A stretch of 64,000 bases of DNA from Alphaproteobacteria bacterium (GCA_965214705.1 OZ243972.1:96001-160000); one strand, 5' to 3'. Numbered from the stretch's first letter, positions 1 to 10,702 are shown. A program made the numbers and translations. Notes: a model not told the origin generated them from the letters alone.

Positions 1-274
1 TGAACACCGCCGGCACCTGGAACTTGCGACCGATCCCGTGCTTCACGATCCGGTGCTCCGGCAGGCCCGTGATTTCGCGCCCCTGGAACATGATCTTGCC
101 CGCCGTCACCTTCTGACGGCCGGTGATCAGGTCCATCGTCGTGGTTTTGCCCGCACCGTTCGGCCCCAGCAGGCAGCGCAGCTCGCCCTCATCGACCTGG
201 AAGCTGAATTCGTCGACGACCTTGTACTCGTCGTAGGCCTTGGTCACCTCCGTGACTTCCAGAATCGCGCTCAC
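1..274 (-). CDS. urtD: ABC transporter ATP-binding subunit, UrtD/LivG-like (runs off the window edge)
   Basis: Manual translation from GTG at 274 gives MSAILEVTEVTKAYDEYKVVDEFSFQVDEGELRCLLGPNGAGKTT, which contains Walker A. GGAGG RBS; follows urtC. Confidence 0.75.
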   Translation of the reverse strand, partial: MSAILEVTEVTKAYDEYKVVDEFSFQVDEGELRCLLGPNGAGKTTTMDLITGRQKVTAGKIMFQGREITGLPEHRIVKHGIGRKFQVPAVF

Positions 275-286
275 GCCCGCGTCCTC

Positions 287-1438
287 CTAGTCCGACGCCC
301 GCCGGGGGCCGAGGGTCGGCTGAACCGGCGCGCTGCCGCGATAAGGAACGAGGCCGATGATCATTTCGAACAAGCCAGCAATTCCCTTCGGCAGGAAGCG
401 GACGACGACGATGAAGATCGTGCCGAGGATCACGAACCAAGCGGCCTGGAACTCGTCGCCCACGTAGCTCTGGATGGTGTTGATGAAGATGGCGCCGAAG
501 ATCGCGCCGAACAGCGAGAGCCTGCCGCCGACGGCGGCCCAGATCACCATGGTGATGCTGAAGAAGATCTCCAGCGACGTCGGCGAGACGTACTGGACGA
601 TCATCACCCAGACGATGCCCGCGATCGCGGCGATGAGGCCGGAGATCGTGAACACCGTCACCTGATAGAAGGCGACGTTGTAGCCGAGGAAACGCGCTCG
701 TTCGGGGTCGTCGCGTATCGCCTGAATTATGGTGCCGAATTTGCTCGCAAGCAGTGCCTTGGTCCCGAGCGTCAGCGCGGCCAGAACACCGAGCGCCACC
801 CAGTAGATCATGCTGCTGTAGGGGTCCACATCGACGCCGAACGCCTGGAACGAACTGGGCGGCGAGATACCGTTGAAGCCCGCCGTGAAAGGCTGCATGT
901 CGTAGGCCATATTGTACCAGGCGCCGAGCATGGCGAGCGTCATGATGGCGACGAAGGCGCCGGCCAGGCGCGCCTGGAACATCAGGAAGCCGAAGATGAT
1001 GAAGAAGAGCGTCGGGATTCCGAGCGCCAGGATCAGCCCGACTTCGGTATGCCAGAAGGGCTCCCAGACCGTGGGCAGCTCCTCCAGCTCGTTGGTCAGC
1101 ATGAAGCTCGGGATCGGGTCGTATTCCGGATCCTGGTACTGCATCTGCATGGTGGCGCCCATGCCGTAGGCCGCCATGCCGAAGGCGATTCCCTGGCCCA
1201 GGCTGAGGATGCCGCCAAAGCCCCACACCAGGCTCACCGAAAGCGCCAGCATGCCGAAGACGCCGTAGCGCGCGAACTGGTTGAGCGCGAAGGGGTCGTC
1301 GCCCATGAACACGGGGATGGTGGCGAGCGCGCCGAAGGCGACGACGTACATCGCCCACTGCGCGCGCTTGTCGTGATAGAGGTTCTGCCGCTGCCCCGTT
1401 GGCTCCAGTTTCAACCTTTCCAACAACATGACGTTCAC
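287..1438 (-). CDS. urtC: Urea/amide ABC transporter permease, UrtC/LivM-like
   Basis: Hydrophobic protein with LSVSLVWGFGGILSLGQG, AIRDDPERARFLGYN and VIWAAVGGR motifs. The start may be ATG 1429. Confidence 0.8.
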   Translation of the reverse strand: MNVMLLERLKLEPTGQRQNLYHDKRAQWAMYVVAFGALATIPVFMGDDPFALNQFARYGVFGMLALSVSLVWGFGGILSLGQGIAFGMAAYGMGATMQMQYQDPEYDPIPSFMLTNELEELPTVWEPFWHTEVGLILALGIPTLFFIIFGFLMFQARLAGAFVAIMTLAMLGAWYNMAYDMQPFTAGFNGISPPSSFQAFGVDVDPYSSMIYWVALGVLAALTLGTKALLASKFGTIIQAIRDDPERARFLGYNVAFYQVTVFTISGLIAAIAGIVWVMIVQYVSPTSLEIFFSITMVIWAAVGGRLSLFGAIFGAIFINTIQSYVGDEFQAAWFVILGTIFIVVVRFLPKGIAGLFEMIIGLVPYRGSAPVQPTLGPRRASD

Positions 1439-1444
1439 CCTGCC

Positions 1445-2347
1445 CTAGCGCCGCGCCATGCTCGGCGCAAAGATCCCCTGCGGACGGAAGCGCAGGAAGA
1501 TCACGATCAGGATGAACAGCACGAAGCGGGCGAAGGTGTCGTTCGTGAAGTAGGAGAAGATTGAGAACATCTCGCCCATGATGCCGGCTGTCGCCAGGCT
1601 GCCGAATAGCTCGCCGCCGCCCGTCACCACCACCAGGAAGGCCTCGACCACGTAGCCCAGCCCCATGTCCGGGAAGATCGTCTTCAGGCCCGCGAACATG
1701 GAGCCCGAGATTCCCGCGAGGCCCGCCCCATAGGCGAAGGTGAGGCCGTACACCCGGCTCGAATTGATGCCGAACGACGCCGCCATCTGCGGGTTCTGCA
1801 TGACGGCGCGAACCTGGATGCCGATATTGGTCTTGAACAGGATCGCCCACGTCATGGCGACCAGCGCCAGTGCCGCGAAGAAGATGAAGATCCTGATCCA
1901 CGGCACGTGGACGAAGTCGATCGTCATCACGCTGGTCAGCCAATCGGGTACCTCGACGTATTGCGGCTCGCCGCCGAAGATCAGCCGGATGCTCTGGATG
2001 AAGACCAAGGATACGCCCCATGTCGCGAGGAGCGTGTCCAATGGTCGGTCGTACAAGTGTCGTATGAGGCCCCGTTCGACCAGCCATCCGATGAAGCCGA
2101 CAAGCACGAAGGAGATCGGCAGGCAGAGCAGCCAGGGGAACCCGCCGAAATACTGCATCATCCAGGTGAAGTAGGCCCCCAGCATGATGAACTCGCCATG
2201 GGCCATGTTGATGACGCCCATGGTGCCGTAAATGATGGTCAGGCCCAGCGCCGCGACCAGCCAGATGCTGGCCAGGCTGAGCCCGATAATCAGCGCATTA
2301 ATGAACGGTTCTGCGGCGAAGGGTGTCCAGAAATCGTGGACGCTCAT
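1445..2347 (-). CDS. urtB: Urea/amide ABC transporter permease, UrtB/LivH-like
   Basis: ALGLTIIYGTMGVINMAHGEFIMLGAY and RPLDTLLATWGVSL are typical UrtB motifs. Confidence 0.85.
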   Translation of the reverse strand: MSVHDFWTPFAAEPFINALIIGLSLASIWLVAALGLTIIYGTMGVINMAHGEFIMLGAYFTWMMQYFGGFPWLLCLPISFVLVGFIGWLVERGLIRHLYDRPLDTLLATWGVSLVFIQSIRLIFGGEPQYVEVPDWLTSVMTIDFVHVPWIRIFIFFAALALVAMTWAILFKTNIGIQVRAVMQNPQMAASFGINSSRVYGLTFAYGAGLAGISGSMFAGLKTIFPDMGLGYVVEAFLVVVTGGGELFGSLATAGIMGEMFSIFSYFTNDTFARFVLFILIVIFLRFRPQGIFAPSMARR

Positions 2348-2454
2348 GAATTGAGTCTCGCCTCTCTCCCTGTTGCGGTCCTGCCGGCAGTGGCCCGCGG
2401 GTGCGTGCCCGTGAAGTCAGCCGGCCGCCGCCTTCCTCCCCCGCCGGGGAACGA

Positions 2455-2483
2455 CGGGGCGGAGGAAATGCCCCTCCGCCCCG
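2455..2483 (-). terminator. GC-rich hairpin after the substrate-binding gene (terminator or mRNA stabiliser)
   Basis: CGGGGCGGAGG-aaatgcc-CCTCCGCCCCG, a perfect 11-bp stem with no clear U-tract. Confidence 0.45.
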
Positions 2484-2507
2484 ACACTACCAGATCGAAC
2501 AGGTCTC

Positions 2508-3851
2508 TTACAGAACGTCCTTCTGAACAGTCCCGTCGGGCCGGTGCAGGCCGTCGGCCTTGCAGACACCGCGCTCGGGATAGATCGCGAAGGGATCCGG
2601 CCCGACGTGCTCGTCGGCCTGGCGCACGATGGTGAACTGACCGTCTGCACCGCACTGGCCGATCTTGGGCTTGAGCCAGATGTTGAAGTTGTCCGGATCG
2701 ATCCAGACCTTGCCCTCCGGGCTCTCCTCGTCGCTGAGCGTCACCGGGCCCTGGTCGCGCCAGTTACCGCTGACGTCGCGGATCATGCGCGGCGTGATGG
2801 CTTCCCAGTCGCCGCCGGTCTCCTCGAGGGCGCGCTCGACACCCTTCTTCCACACGTAGATCCCGAGATAGGTCTCTTCCATGTTGTAGTGGGTGACGCC
2901 CCCGCCGCCGTACTGGCTCGAGAGATAACCCTCCACGAACTTCTCGTTGGTCGGGTTCTGCAGGGTCTGGAAGTAAGGCGCAGACAGGAAGTGACCGGCG
3001 CCGGCCTCGTTGCCCATGGCGCGGGTCTCGATCTCACCGGTGGTAAGCGATGCGATCGGCGTCTTGTCGGACTTGAAGCCCTCTTGCAGGAACTGCCGGT
3101 GCAGCGCGATATCGGAGTCGCCAACCACCGTCGACATGATCCAGTCCGGCTGCTGCTGGCGGATCTTGTTGAAGACCGGTGCGAACTCGGAGCCGCCGAG
3201 GGGGATGTAGTCCTCGCCCAGCACCTCGCCGCCGGCCCGCTCCAGCCAGACCTTGACGTTCTTGTTGGACTCTTTCGGCCAGATGTAGTTGGAGCCGACC
3301 AGATAGGTCTTGGGGCCGAAGTTCTCCACCATGAACGGAACCAGGTCATACGAGTGCTGATTGGCGAGCGGCCCGGTGTTGATGATGTTCTGCATGCACT
3401 CCCGGCCTTCGTAGCAGGTCGGGTAGTAGTAGAGGTGGTCCCACTTCATCACGATCGGCATGACCGCACGCCGGCTCGCCGAGGTGTAGCTGCCGTGGAC
3501 CGAAACCACGCGGTCGCGGAGAATGAGCTGCGTGATCTTCTCCGAGTAGACCTTGATGTCGGACTTGGCGTCGACCACCACCGGCTCGACCATCTTGCCG
3601 GCGATGCCGCCTGCCGCGTTGATCTCGTCGACCGCGTAGAGCGAGACCTGGGTCGAATCGTTCTCGACAACCGAGAGGTTGCCGGTCTGCGACCAGAGCA
3701 TGCCGACCTTGATGGGCTCGTCTTCGTAGATCCAGGGCTTCGCGCCCCAGGCCTGCCCAAAGTCCTTGATGTAGATGTGGGGGAATGCAGCCGCGACACC
3801 GGCAGTTCCCGCCAACGCTCCCTTGAGGATGGTACGTCGGTTGACACGCAT
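2508..3851 (-). CDS. Periplasmic substrate-binding protein, UrtA/AmiC/FmdD family, with Tat signal
   Basis: N-terminal NRRTILKG twin-arginine motif; GSYTSASRRAVMP, YYPTCYEG and LVGSNYIWPKESN. First gene of the urt-like operon. Confidence 0.85.
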   Translation of the reverse strand: MRVNRRTILKGALAGTAGVAAAFPHIYIKDFGQAWGAKPWIYEDEPIKVGMLWSQTGNLSVVENDSTQVSLYAVDEINAAGGIAGKMVEPVVVDAKSDIKVYSEKITQLILRDRVVSVHGSYTSASRRAVMPIVMKWDHLYYYPTCYEGRECMQNIINTGPLANQHSYDLVPFMVENFGPKTYLVGSNYIWPKESNKNVKVWLERAGGEVLGEDYIPLGGSEFAPVFNKIRQQQPDWIMSTVVGDSDIALHRQFLQEGFKSDKTPIASLTTGEIETRAMGNEAGAGHFLSAPYFQTLQNPTNEKFVEGYLSSQYGGGGVTHYNMEETYLGIYVWKKGVERALEETGGDWEAITPRMIRDVSGNWRDQGPVTLSDEESPEGKVWIDPDNFNIWLKPKIGQCGADGQFTIVRQADEHVGPDPFAIYPERGVCKADGLHRPDGTVQKDVL

Positions 3852-3947
3852 AGTAGAACTCTCCCTTGGTTTCTCCCGATGCTCTCACCCCGAGGGGCAG
3901 CGCACGGACCGCCGCCGCTGTGACGACAGGATGTGTCCGTATCCGCG

Positions 3948-3977
3948 ATAGTCTCTCCCGTTGAACGATAATGTCAA
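3948..3977 (-). promoter_or_regulatory. Putative sigma70 promoter of the urt-like operon
   Basis: Minus-strand TTGACA at 3977-3972, then a weak -10 (GAGACT/GACTAT) after 16-18 nt. Confidence 0.4.
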
Positions 3978-4131
3978 CAGAGTGACAAGCCATTCACGAC
4001 ATTTACGAAATTCGGGTTACTCGGCTACGAAATTCGTAGCCGGCCCCAAGTCTACGGACGGTTGCGTTCTACCCCCTCAATTGGAATCATTGGCTCCAGC
4101 CGGCCACGGCGGCGACGAGAGGAGCAGGGCC

Positions 4132-4263
4132 ATGAACCCGAAAGCCAAGCGCATTCTTCAGCTCTGCGCCGACAACGTGTTCTGGGTTTTCCTGGCCCTG
4201 ATGATCATCCTCGGCTCCGCCATGGAAACGCCGATGATCAACGTTGGCCTGACCGCCCGCTGA
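4132..4263 (+). CDS. Putative 43-aa small membrane protein
   Basis: GAGAGGAG RBS before the ATG; MNPKAKRILQLCADNVFWVFLALMIILGSAMETPMINVGLTAR has one hydrophobic helix. Confidence 0.5.
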   Translation: MNPKAKRILQLCADNVFWVFLALMIILGSAMETPMINVGLTAR

Positions 4264-4351
4264 GCGCAGCACGCGTCGGCAGGACCAAGGGCCGGAGCAG
4301 CGCCACGCGAACAGAAAAGCGCCCCATCGTCCGCACTCGACGGCGGACACG

Positions 4352-5623
4352 ATGAACCGACGGGCGAGACGACGGCAGTCGCGGCAGTCGGCGGCCGGCC
4401 CCCGCGCGGGCGACAAGGGTGTCGCGCACGGGGACGTCCTCGCCCGCGCCGCGCGCCACATGAAGGAAGGCCGCCCACAGAGGGCGGACCAGCTCCTCTC
4501 GAAGCTGCTGGCGGGGGATGGGGCGGCCGATCCCAGCGTCCTCCACTATGCCGGCGTCGCCCGCTACCGCTGCAGCCGCTTCGACGAGGCCGCCGCGCTG
4601 CTGCGCCAAGCGACCGAGGCGGCGCCCACCTATGCGGAGGCGCACAACAGCTTCGGCATCCTCCTGCTCGAGACCGGACAGACCGCCGAGGCCCGAGACG
4701 TGCTGGAGCGCGCCGTCGCGCTCCGACCCGACTACGCCAACGCCCATACCAATCTCGGTAATGCGCTAAGCGAGTCCGGCATGGGCGAAGAGGCGGTGGC
4801 GGCCTACCGCAAGGCCATCGCCCTCGACCCCTACGACCTGCAGGCGCATCACCGGCTCGCGCGGACCCATCTCGCCCTCGGCGCGGTGGATCGCGCCCTG
4901 GCCGCCTGCACCACCGCACTCGCCATTGACCCCTTCTGCCAGAACGCGCTGGCAACCCACGCGCTCGCTGAGCAGATCGGGGGCGATTGCGACGCCGGCA
5001 GCAAGCTCTACGATTTCGACCGCTTCATCACCCGGATTTCCCTCACGCCGCCACCCGGCAGCGGCGACATCGAGACATTCAACGAAGCGCTGGCAACCGC
5101 CGTTCGCGAGGCGCCCTCCCTGGTCTGGGAGCCGCCCAACCGCGTGACCCGCAACGGCGCGGTGACCCAGGACATGCTGGCTGCGCCGAGCCCACCCATC
5201 CGCAGCCTGGAGCGCGCACTGCGCGCCGCCATCGACGCCTACAAGGAGACGCTGACGGCAGACCCGGAGAGCCCCTTTCTCGCCCGTATCCCCCGGCGCT
5301 ATCGCCTCACGCTGATCGCCTCGATCCTCACGGCCGGCGGGCGTCACCCGCCGCATATTCACGAGAGCGCATGGCTGAGCGGGGTCTATTACGTCGCGGT
5401 GCCGCCACAGATCGGTGCCGAGAGCGAAGACCACGGCGGTTGGCTCGAGTTCGGCCGTCCCGACCACGACCTGCCCGAAGGCAGCACGTTCCGTTGCGTC
5501 AGCCTCCCACCGCGCGCCGGCACCGCGCTGCTCTTCCCGTCTTACATCTTTCACGGGACGCTGCCCTTCGACGGACCGGGCGAGCGCATCGGCATCGCCT
5601 TCGACGCCTACCCCGAGCCGTGA
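4352..5623 (+). CDS. TPR-repeat protein with C-terminal putative 2OG-Fe(II) oxygenase domain
   Basis: TPR-like repeats (YAEAHNSFG, YANAHTNLGNAL); C-terminal HPPHIH..WLSGVYY..FPSYIFHGT..RIGIAFD. Confidence 0.8.
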   Translation: MNRRARRRQSRQSAAGPRAGDKGVAHGDVLARAARHMKEGRPQRADQLLSKLLAGDGAADPSVLHYAGVARYRCSRFDEAAALLRQATEAAPTYAEAHNSFGILLLETGQTAEARDVLERAVALRPDYANAHTNLGNALSESGMGEEAVAAYRKAIALDPYDLQAHHRLARTHLALGAVDRALAACTTALAIDPFCQNALATHALAEQIGGDCDAGSKLYDFDRFITRISLTPPPGSGDIETFNEALATAVREAPSLVWEPPNRVTRNGAVTQDMLAAPSPPIRSLERALRAAIDAYKETLTADPESPFLARIPRRYRLTLIASILTAGGRHPPHIHESAWLSGVYYVAVPPQIGAESEDHGGWLEFGRPDHDLPEGSTFRCVSLPPRAGTALLFPSYIFHGTLPFDGPGERIGIAFDAYPEP

Positions 5624-5761
5624 GGCCGCGGTGGATGCCCACCTCGGCCGGCAGCGCCCACACCGCATGGCGTTTCGTCGAGAACCGGCTATAACACGGG
5701 GCGAATCGGCCGGGCGGTGCCGCCCGATGCCGGTGGTGGAGCGAGCGGGCTTCTGACCTCC

Positions 5762-6820
5762 ATGACGGATTCCACCGACTTCAAGGCGCTCATCGGGCGT
5801 GTCGCGACCGGCGCGTCGCTCACGGTCGACGAATCGCGCGCCGCCTTCGACGCGATGATGGAAGGCGCGGTGACGCCAGCGCAGATGGGCGGCTTCCTCA
5901 TGGCGTTGCGGGTGCGGGGCGAAACGGTGGACGAGATCACCGGCGGCGCACAGGCCATGCGCGCCCGCGCGCTCAGCATCGACGCGCCGGAGGGCGCCAT
6001 CGACACCTGCGGCACCGGCGGCGATGCGAAGGGTACCTTCAACATCTCGACCGCCGCAGCGCTGGTCGCCGCGGGCTGTGGCGTGCCCGTCGCCAAGCAC
6101 GGCAACCGGGCGCTCTCCTCGCGCTCAGGCTCGGCCGACCTGCTCGCCGCCCTAGGCGTGACCATCGACGCCAACATGGCGCTGGTCCGGGATGCCTTGT
6201 GGGAGGCCAACATCGGCTTCCTCATGGCGCCCCGGCACCACGGCGCCATGCGCCACGTCGGGCCCACTCGCGTCGAGCTCGGCACGCGCACCGTCTTTAA
6301 CTTGCTGGGCCCGCTCTCGAACCCGGCCGGTGCCAAGCGCCAGGTGATCGGCGTGTTCGACCCCAAGTGGGCGCGTCCGATGGCCGAGGTATTGCGGAAT
6401 CTCGGCTCCGAGCGTGTCTGGGTCGTCCACGGCAGCGACGGCACGGACGAACTCACCACCACCGGCCCGTCCACCGTGGTCGAGCTCGACGGCAGCGCGA
6501 TCCGCCGCTTCGAGGTCGCGCCCGAAGACGCCGGCTTACAACGGGCTGCGCCCGACGACCTGAAGGGCGGCGATCCGGAGACCAATGCCGGCATCGTTCG
6601 CGGCGTGCTCGCCGGCGAACCCGGCGCCGCACGCGATATCGTGCTGCTCAATGCCGCCGCTGCGCTCGTCGTCGCCGGGCGCGCGGACAACTTGCGGGAG
6701 GGAGTGCGCACGGCCGCAGAGGCGGTCGACGGCGGCAGGGCCCAGGCCGCACTCGACCGGCTCGTCGAGATCAGCGGCCGGGGCACGCCCGCCAAGGCTC
6801 AGGGCGGCATCGGCCGATGA
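5762..6820 (+). CDS. trpD: Anthranilate phosphoribosyltransferase
   Basis: [16 protein letters not shown] and [15 protein letters not shown] motifs; ATG at 5762. Confidence 0.95.
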   Translation: MTDSTDFKALIGRVATGASLTVDESRAAFDAMMEGAVTPAQMGGFLMALRVRGETVDEITGGAQAMRARALSIDAPEGAIDTCGTGGDAKGTFNISTAAALVAAGCGVPVAKHGNRALSSRSGSADLLAALGVTIDANMALVRDALWEANIGFLMAPRHHGAMRHVGPTRVELGTRTVFNLLGPLSNPAGAKRQVIGVFDPKWARPMAEVLRNLGSERVWVVHGSDGTDELTTTGPSTVVELDGSAIRRFEVAPEDAGLQRAAPDDLKGGDPETNAGIVRGVLAGEPGAARDIVLLNAAAALVVAGRADNLREGVRTAAEAVDGGRAQAALDRLVEISGRGTPAKAQGGIGR

Positions 6821-7647
6821 GCGACGTTCTCGCGAAGATCTGCGATGACAAGCGGCATCACGTCGCCGCCCGCAAGCGGGCCGTCTCCCAGGCGGCGCTT
6901 GCCGATCGGGCGCTCGCCGTCGAACCACCGCGCGGCTTCGCCCGGGCGCTCGCCGCGGTCGCCGACACTGGGCGGCCGGCGCTCATCGCCGAGCTCAAGA
7001 AGGTATCGCCGAGCAAGGGCTTGATCCGCGCCGACTTCGACCCGCCCGCTCTGGCCACCGCTTACGCTGCCGGCGGCGCGGCCTGCCTCTCGGTGCTGAC
7101 GGACAGGGACTACTTCCAGGGCGAGGACCGGTTTCTCACGGAGGCGCATGCGGCGGTCTCGCTCCCCGTGCTGCGCAAGGATTTCATGCTCGACCCCTAT
7201 CAAGTGGTCGAAGCGCGGGCGCAGGGCGCGGACTGCATCCTGCTCATCATGGCCGCCCTGGAAGACGGCCAGGCCGCCGAGCTCGCGGCGGCGGCGGCGG
7301 AGCTCGGCATGGACACGCTGGTAGAGGTCCACGACGAGCCCGAGCTCTCTCGGGCGCTCCGGCTCAAGGCTTCCCTGCTCGGCATCAACAACCGCAACCT
7401 GAAGACCCTCGAGGTCGATCTCGCCACTACCGAGCGCCTCGCACCGCTCGCGGTCGACGGGCCGCCCATCGTCTGCGAGAGCGGCCTGCACGGCCCCGAC
7501 GACATCGCGCGCATGGCGGCGCTCGGCGTGCACCGGTTTTTGGTTGGCGAATCGCTCATGCGGCAGACCGATGTTGCGGCGGCCACGGCAGCGTTGCTCG
7601 CGCCTGTCTCCGGCGCTGCATCGGGCGCAAGAGCGGCAGAGGCCTGA
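6817..7647 (+). CDS. trpC: Indole-3-glycerol phosphate synthase
   Basis: [22 protein letters not shown] and GINNRNL motifs; ATGA overlap with trpD. Confidence 0.95.
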   Translation: MSDVLAKICDDKRHHVAARKRAVSQAALADRALAVEPPRGFARALAAVADTGRPALIAELKKVSPSKGLIRADFDPPALATAYAAGGAACLSVLTDRDYFQGEDRFLTEAHAAVSLPVLRKDFMLDPYQVVEARAQGADCILLIMAALEDGQAAELAAAAAELGMDTLVEVHDEPELSRALRLKASLLGINNRNLKTLEVDLATTERLAPLAVDGPPIVCESGLHGPDDIARMAALGVHRFLVGESLMRQTDVAAATAALLAPVSGAASGARAAEA

Positions 7648-7650
7648 GCG

Positions 7651-8127
7651 ATGGCGCGGCTCACTCACATCGACGAAGAGGGCAAGGCGCGCATGGTGGA
7701 CGTGACCGAGAAGGAGGTCACCGAGCGCCGGGCCACGGCACGGGCGCGGGTACTGATGAAGCCCGAGACCGTGCGCCTGATCGCGGAAGGCGGCGTCGCC
7801 AAGGGCGACGTGCTGGGCGTCGCCCGCCTGGCCGGCATCATGGCCGCCAAGCGCACCGCCGATCTGATCCCGCTCTGCCATCCGCTCGCGCTCAGCGCCG
7901 TCGACGTGACGCTCGCCTGCGACGAGGCGGAAGGTGCCGTCGATATCGAGGCCAGCTGCCGCACCACCGCGCGTACCGGAGTCGAGATGGAGGCGCTGAC
8001 CGCCGCGAGCGTCGCCGCACTCACCGTCTACGACATGTGCAAGGCCGCGGATCGCGGCATGCGCATCACCGACGTGCGGCTCACCCACAAGACGGGCGGC
8101 CGGTCCGGCGAATTCAAGGCGCCCTGA
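7651..8127 (+). CDS. moaC: Cyclic pyranopterin monophosphate synthase
   Basis: [15 protein letters not shown] and YDMCKA motifs. Confidence 0.95.
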   Translation: MARLTHIDEEGKARMVDVTEKEVTERRATARARVLMKPETVRLIAEGGVAKGDVLGVARLAGIMAAKRTADLIPLCHPLALSAVDVTLACDEAEGAVDIEASCRTTARTGVEMEALTAASVAALTVYDMCKAADRGMRITDVRLTHKTGGRSGEFKAP

Positions 8128-8130
8128 GCG

Positions 8131-9348
8131 ATGATTCCGGTCGCAGAGGCCGTCGCCCGCATCACCGCCGCATTTTCGCCGCTGCCGGCGGAGACCGTGC
8201 CGCTCGCCACAGCCCACGGCCGCGTGCTGGCAGCGGATGTCGTCGCTCGCCTCACGCAGCCGCCCTTCGCCGTCTCGGCGATGGATGGCTACGCGGCGCG
8301 CGCCGCCGACGTGGCGGACCCGCCCGTCACACTGCGCCAGATCGGCAGCGCGCCGGCCGGCGCGCGCTTCGAGGGCACGGTCGGCCCCGGCGAGACCGTG
8401 CGAATCTTCACCGGCGCCCCGGTGCCGGACGGCGCCGACACCATCGTAATTCAGGAGAACACCGAGGCCGACGGCGATGCCATCGCCGTACGCGCGGGCG
8501 CGCCGGCGGGCCGCTACATCCGCCCGGCAGGGCTCGACTTTCGCGCGGGCGAGGTGGGAGTCCCGGCAGGACGGCGGCTGGATGCGCGCGCCATCGGGCT
8601 CGCCGCCGCCATGAACCAGCCGTGGCTCACGGTCCGCCGCAAGCCGCGCATCGCGCTGCTGGCCACCGGCGACGAGATCGTCATGCCGGGCGAGCCGCTG
8701 GGCGCCAACCAGATCGTGAGCTCCAACACCCACGCGCTCAGGGCCGTGGTGGAAGGCTGCGGCGGCGAGGCCATCGATCTCGGCATCGCCCGCGACGACG
8801 AGGAGTCCCTCGTGCGCCTTGCCGCCGGCGCGCGCGGCGCCGACCTCCTGATTACCACCGGCGGCGCCTCGGTGGGCGAGCACGACCTGATCCGCGATGC
8901 GCTCAAGGACGAAGGGCTGGCCCTCGACTTCTGGAAGATCGCCATGCGGCCCGGCAAGCCGCTGATGTTCGGCACCATCGGCCGCACCCACTTGCTCGGC
9001 CTGCCGGGCAACCCGGTCTCGTCGCTGGTCTGCGCGCTGATCTTCCTGCGGCCCGCAATGGCGCGCATGCTCGGCACCGACCAGGGCGCCCAACCCATGG
9101 TTGAGCAGGCAAGCCTCGGCGCCGACGTGAGGGAGAACGACGAGCGGGAAGACTATCTGCGCGCGACGCTCAGCCGCGATGAGAACGGCGCGCTCATCGC
9201 CACACCGTTCGCAAAGCAGGACAGCTCCATGCTCTCGCTGCTGGTGCAGGCGCAGTGCCTCGTGGTCCGGCCGCCCCACGCGCCGGCGGCCGCGCAAGGC
9301 ACGGCGGTGGAGATCATCCCCCTCGAAGGCGGACCACCGGCCCTTTAG
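8131..9348 (+). CDS. moeA: Molybdopterin molybdotransferase
   Basis: SAMDGYA, RIFTGAPVP, TTGGASVG, MRPGKP and LPGNPVS motifs. Confidence 0.95.
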   Translation: MIPVAEAVARITAAFSPLPAETVPLATAHGRVLAADVVARLTQPPFAVSAMDGYAARAADVADPPVTLRQIGSAPAGARFEGTVGPGETVRIFTGAPVPDGADTIVIQENTEADGDAIAVRAGAPAGRYIRPAGLDFRAGEVGVPAGRRLDARAIGLAAAMNQPWLTVRRKPRIALLATGDEIVMPGEPLGANQIVSSNTHALRAVVEGCGGEAIDLGIARDDEESLVRLAAGARGADLLITTGGASVGEHDLIRDALKDEGLALDFWKIAMRPGKPLMFGTIGRTHLLGLPGNPVSSLVCALIFLRPAMARMLGTDQGAQPMVEQASLGADVRENDEREDYLRATLSRDENGALIATPFAKQDSSMLSLLVQAQCLVVRPPHAPAAAQGTAVEIIPLEGGPPAL

Positions 9349-9354
9349 CCGCCC

Positions 9355-9966
9355 TTACCCGCCGAGCGGTGCCTGTGGAATAAGCCCGCCGATGCCGGCG
9401 ATTCCGACCGCACCGCTGCCCCGCAACAGGCGCGCACGGGCGCCGTCGATGCCGCCGAGGGCATAGACCGGGAGCGGGCTCGCCTGCGTCAACGCCACGA
9501 AGCGGCGGAGGCCGAGGGCGCGGGCATCCGGGTGGCTCGCGGTGGTGAAGACCGGGGCAAGCAGCACCGCGTCCGCGCCGCAAGCCGCAGCCGTGCGCAA
9601 CGCCGCAGGGGAATGGACGGCGGCGGTGACCAGCCATTCCTGCTGCCAGCGCACCGCACCCGCCCGGCGAATCGCGCGCTCCGGCAGATGCACCCCAGCC
9701 GCGCCGACGCGCCGCGCGAGCACAGGGTCTTCCCCCACCAGCAGGACCAGCCCGCGCCGGTGCGCAATGACGGCCAATTGGCGGGCGAGCGCCGCGCGCT
9801 CCGGCACGCCGTAGTGGCGCAGAATGATGGCGCTCCCCGCCGGCAGCGCGCGAGCTGCCGGGAGCGGATCGGCGAGCCGCGCCTCGTCGGTCATCAGGAT
9901 GAGCGCCGGCAACGGGCTCCCCGCCGCTTGTTTGAGACCGGCCGCGGCCTCTGCTAGCGTTCCCAT
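9355..9966 (-). CDS. Thiamine phosphate synthase / TenI-family protein
   Basis: GVHLPE, APVFTTASHP and YALGGID motifs of the ThiE/TenI fold. Confidence 0.75.
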   Translation of the reverse strand: MGTLAEAAAGLKQAAGSPLPALILMTDEARLADPLPAARALPAGSAIILRHYGVPERAALARQLAVIAHRRGLVLLVGEDPVLARRVGAAGVHLPERAIRRAGAVRWQQEWLVTAAVHSPAALRTAAACGADAVLLAPVFTTASHPDARALGLRRFVALTQASPLPVYALGGIDGARARLLRGSGAVGIAGIGGLIPQAPLGG

Positions 9967-9988
9967 CGCTCGCTCAACTCAGGCGCCC

Positions 9989-10702
9989 ATGGCCCACGCA
10001 TCTCCCGCTCCCGTCGAAGACGACCCGCAGGCCGTCGATGTCGCGGCCAATCTGGCCGTCGTTACCGCCGAGGTCCAGGACGCGGCGCGCGCCGCCGGAC
10101 GCGACGCGCGCGAGATTACGCTGATCGCCGTCTCCAAGGGACACCCCCCGAGCCGCATCCTGCCCGTGCTCGCCGCCGGCCACGCGACCTTCGGCGAGAA
10201 CAGGGTGCAGGAGGCGAGCCGGAAGTGGCAGGCGCTTCGCGCCGAATGGCCTAGTGCGGTGCTTCACTACATCGGCGCGCTGCAGACCAACAAGGCGCGG
10301 GACGCCGTGGCGGTCGCCGATGCCATCCACGCGATCGACCGGCCGAAGCTGGCTGCAGCGCTCGCCCGCGAGATGGACCGCCAGGGGAAGCGCCCGGACT
10401 GCTTCATTCAGGTCAACACCGGTGCCGAGCCGCAGAAAGCCGGCGTGCTGCCGGATAGCCTCGATGCACTGCTCGCCCAGTGCCAAAGCGATCTGATGCT
10501 GCCGGTGGTCGGGCTCATGTGCATCCCGCCCGCCGCCGAGGACCCTGCCCCCCATTTCACATTGCTAAGGGAGCTGGCCGCACGCCACGGGCTCCGCAAG
10601 CTCAGCATGGGCATGTCGGCCGATTACCGCACCGCGATCGCGCTTGGCGCCACCCACGTCAGGATCGGCACCGCGATCTTCGGTGCCCGGCCCGCGCCCT
10701 AG
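9989..10702 (+). CDS. yggS: PLP homeostasis protein (YggS family)
   Basis: LIAVSK, FGENRVQE, IGALQTNK, LSMGMSAD and VRIGTAIFG motifs; ATG at 9989. Confidence 0.92.
   Translation: MAHASPAPVEDDPQAVDVAANLAVVTAEVQDAARAAGRDAREITLIAVSKGHPPSRILPVLAAGHATFGENRVQEASRKWQALRAEWPSAVLHYIGALQTNKARDAVAVADAIHAIDRPKLAAALAREMDRQGKRPDCFIQVNTGAEPQKAGVLPDSLDALLAQCQSDLMLPVVGLMCIPPAAEDPAPHFTLLRELAARHGLRKLSMGMSADYRTAIALGATHVRIGTAIFGARPAP

Noticed and set aside
9348-9355. No lexA after moeA
   Set aside because: The moeA-lexA linkage is variable among alphaproteobacteria, so its absence is uninformative from one window.
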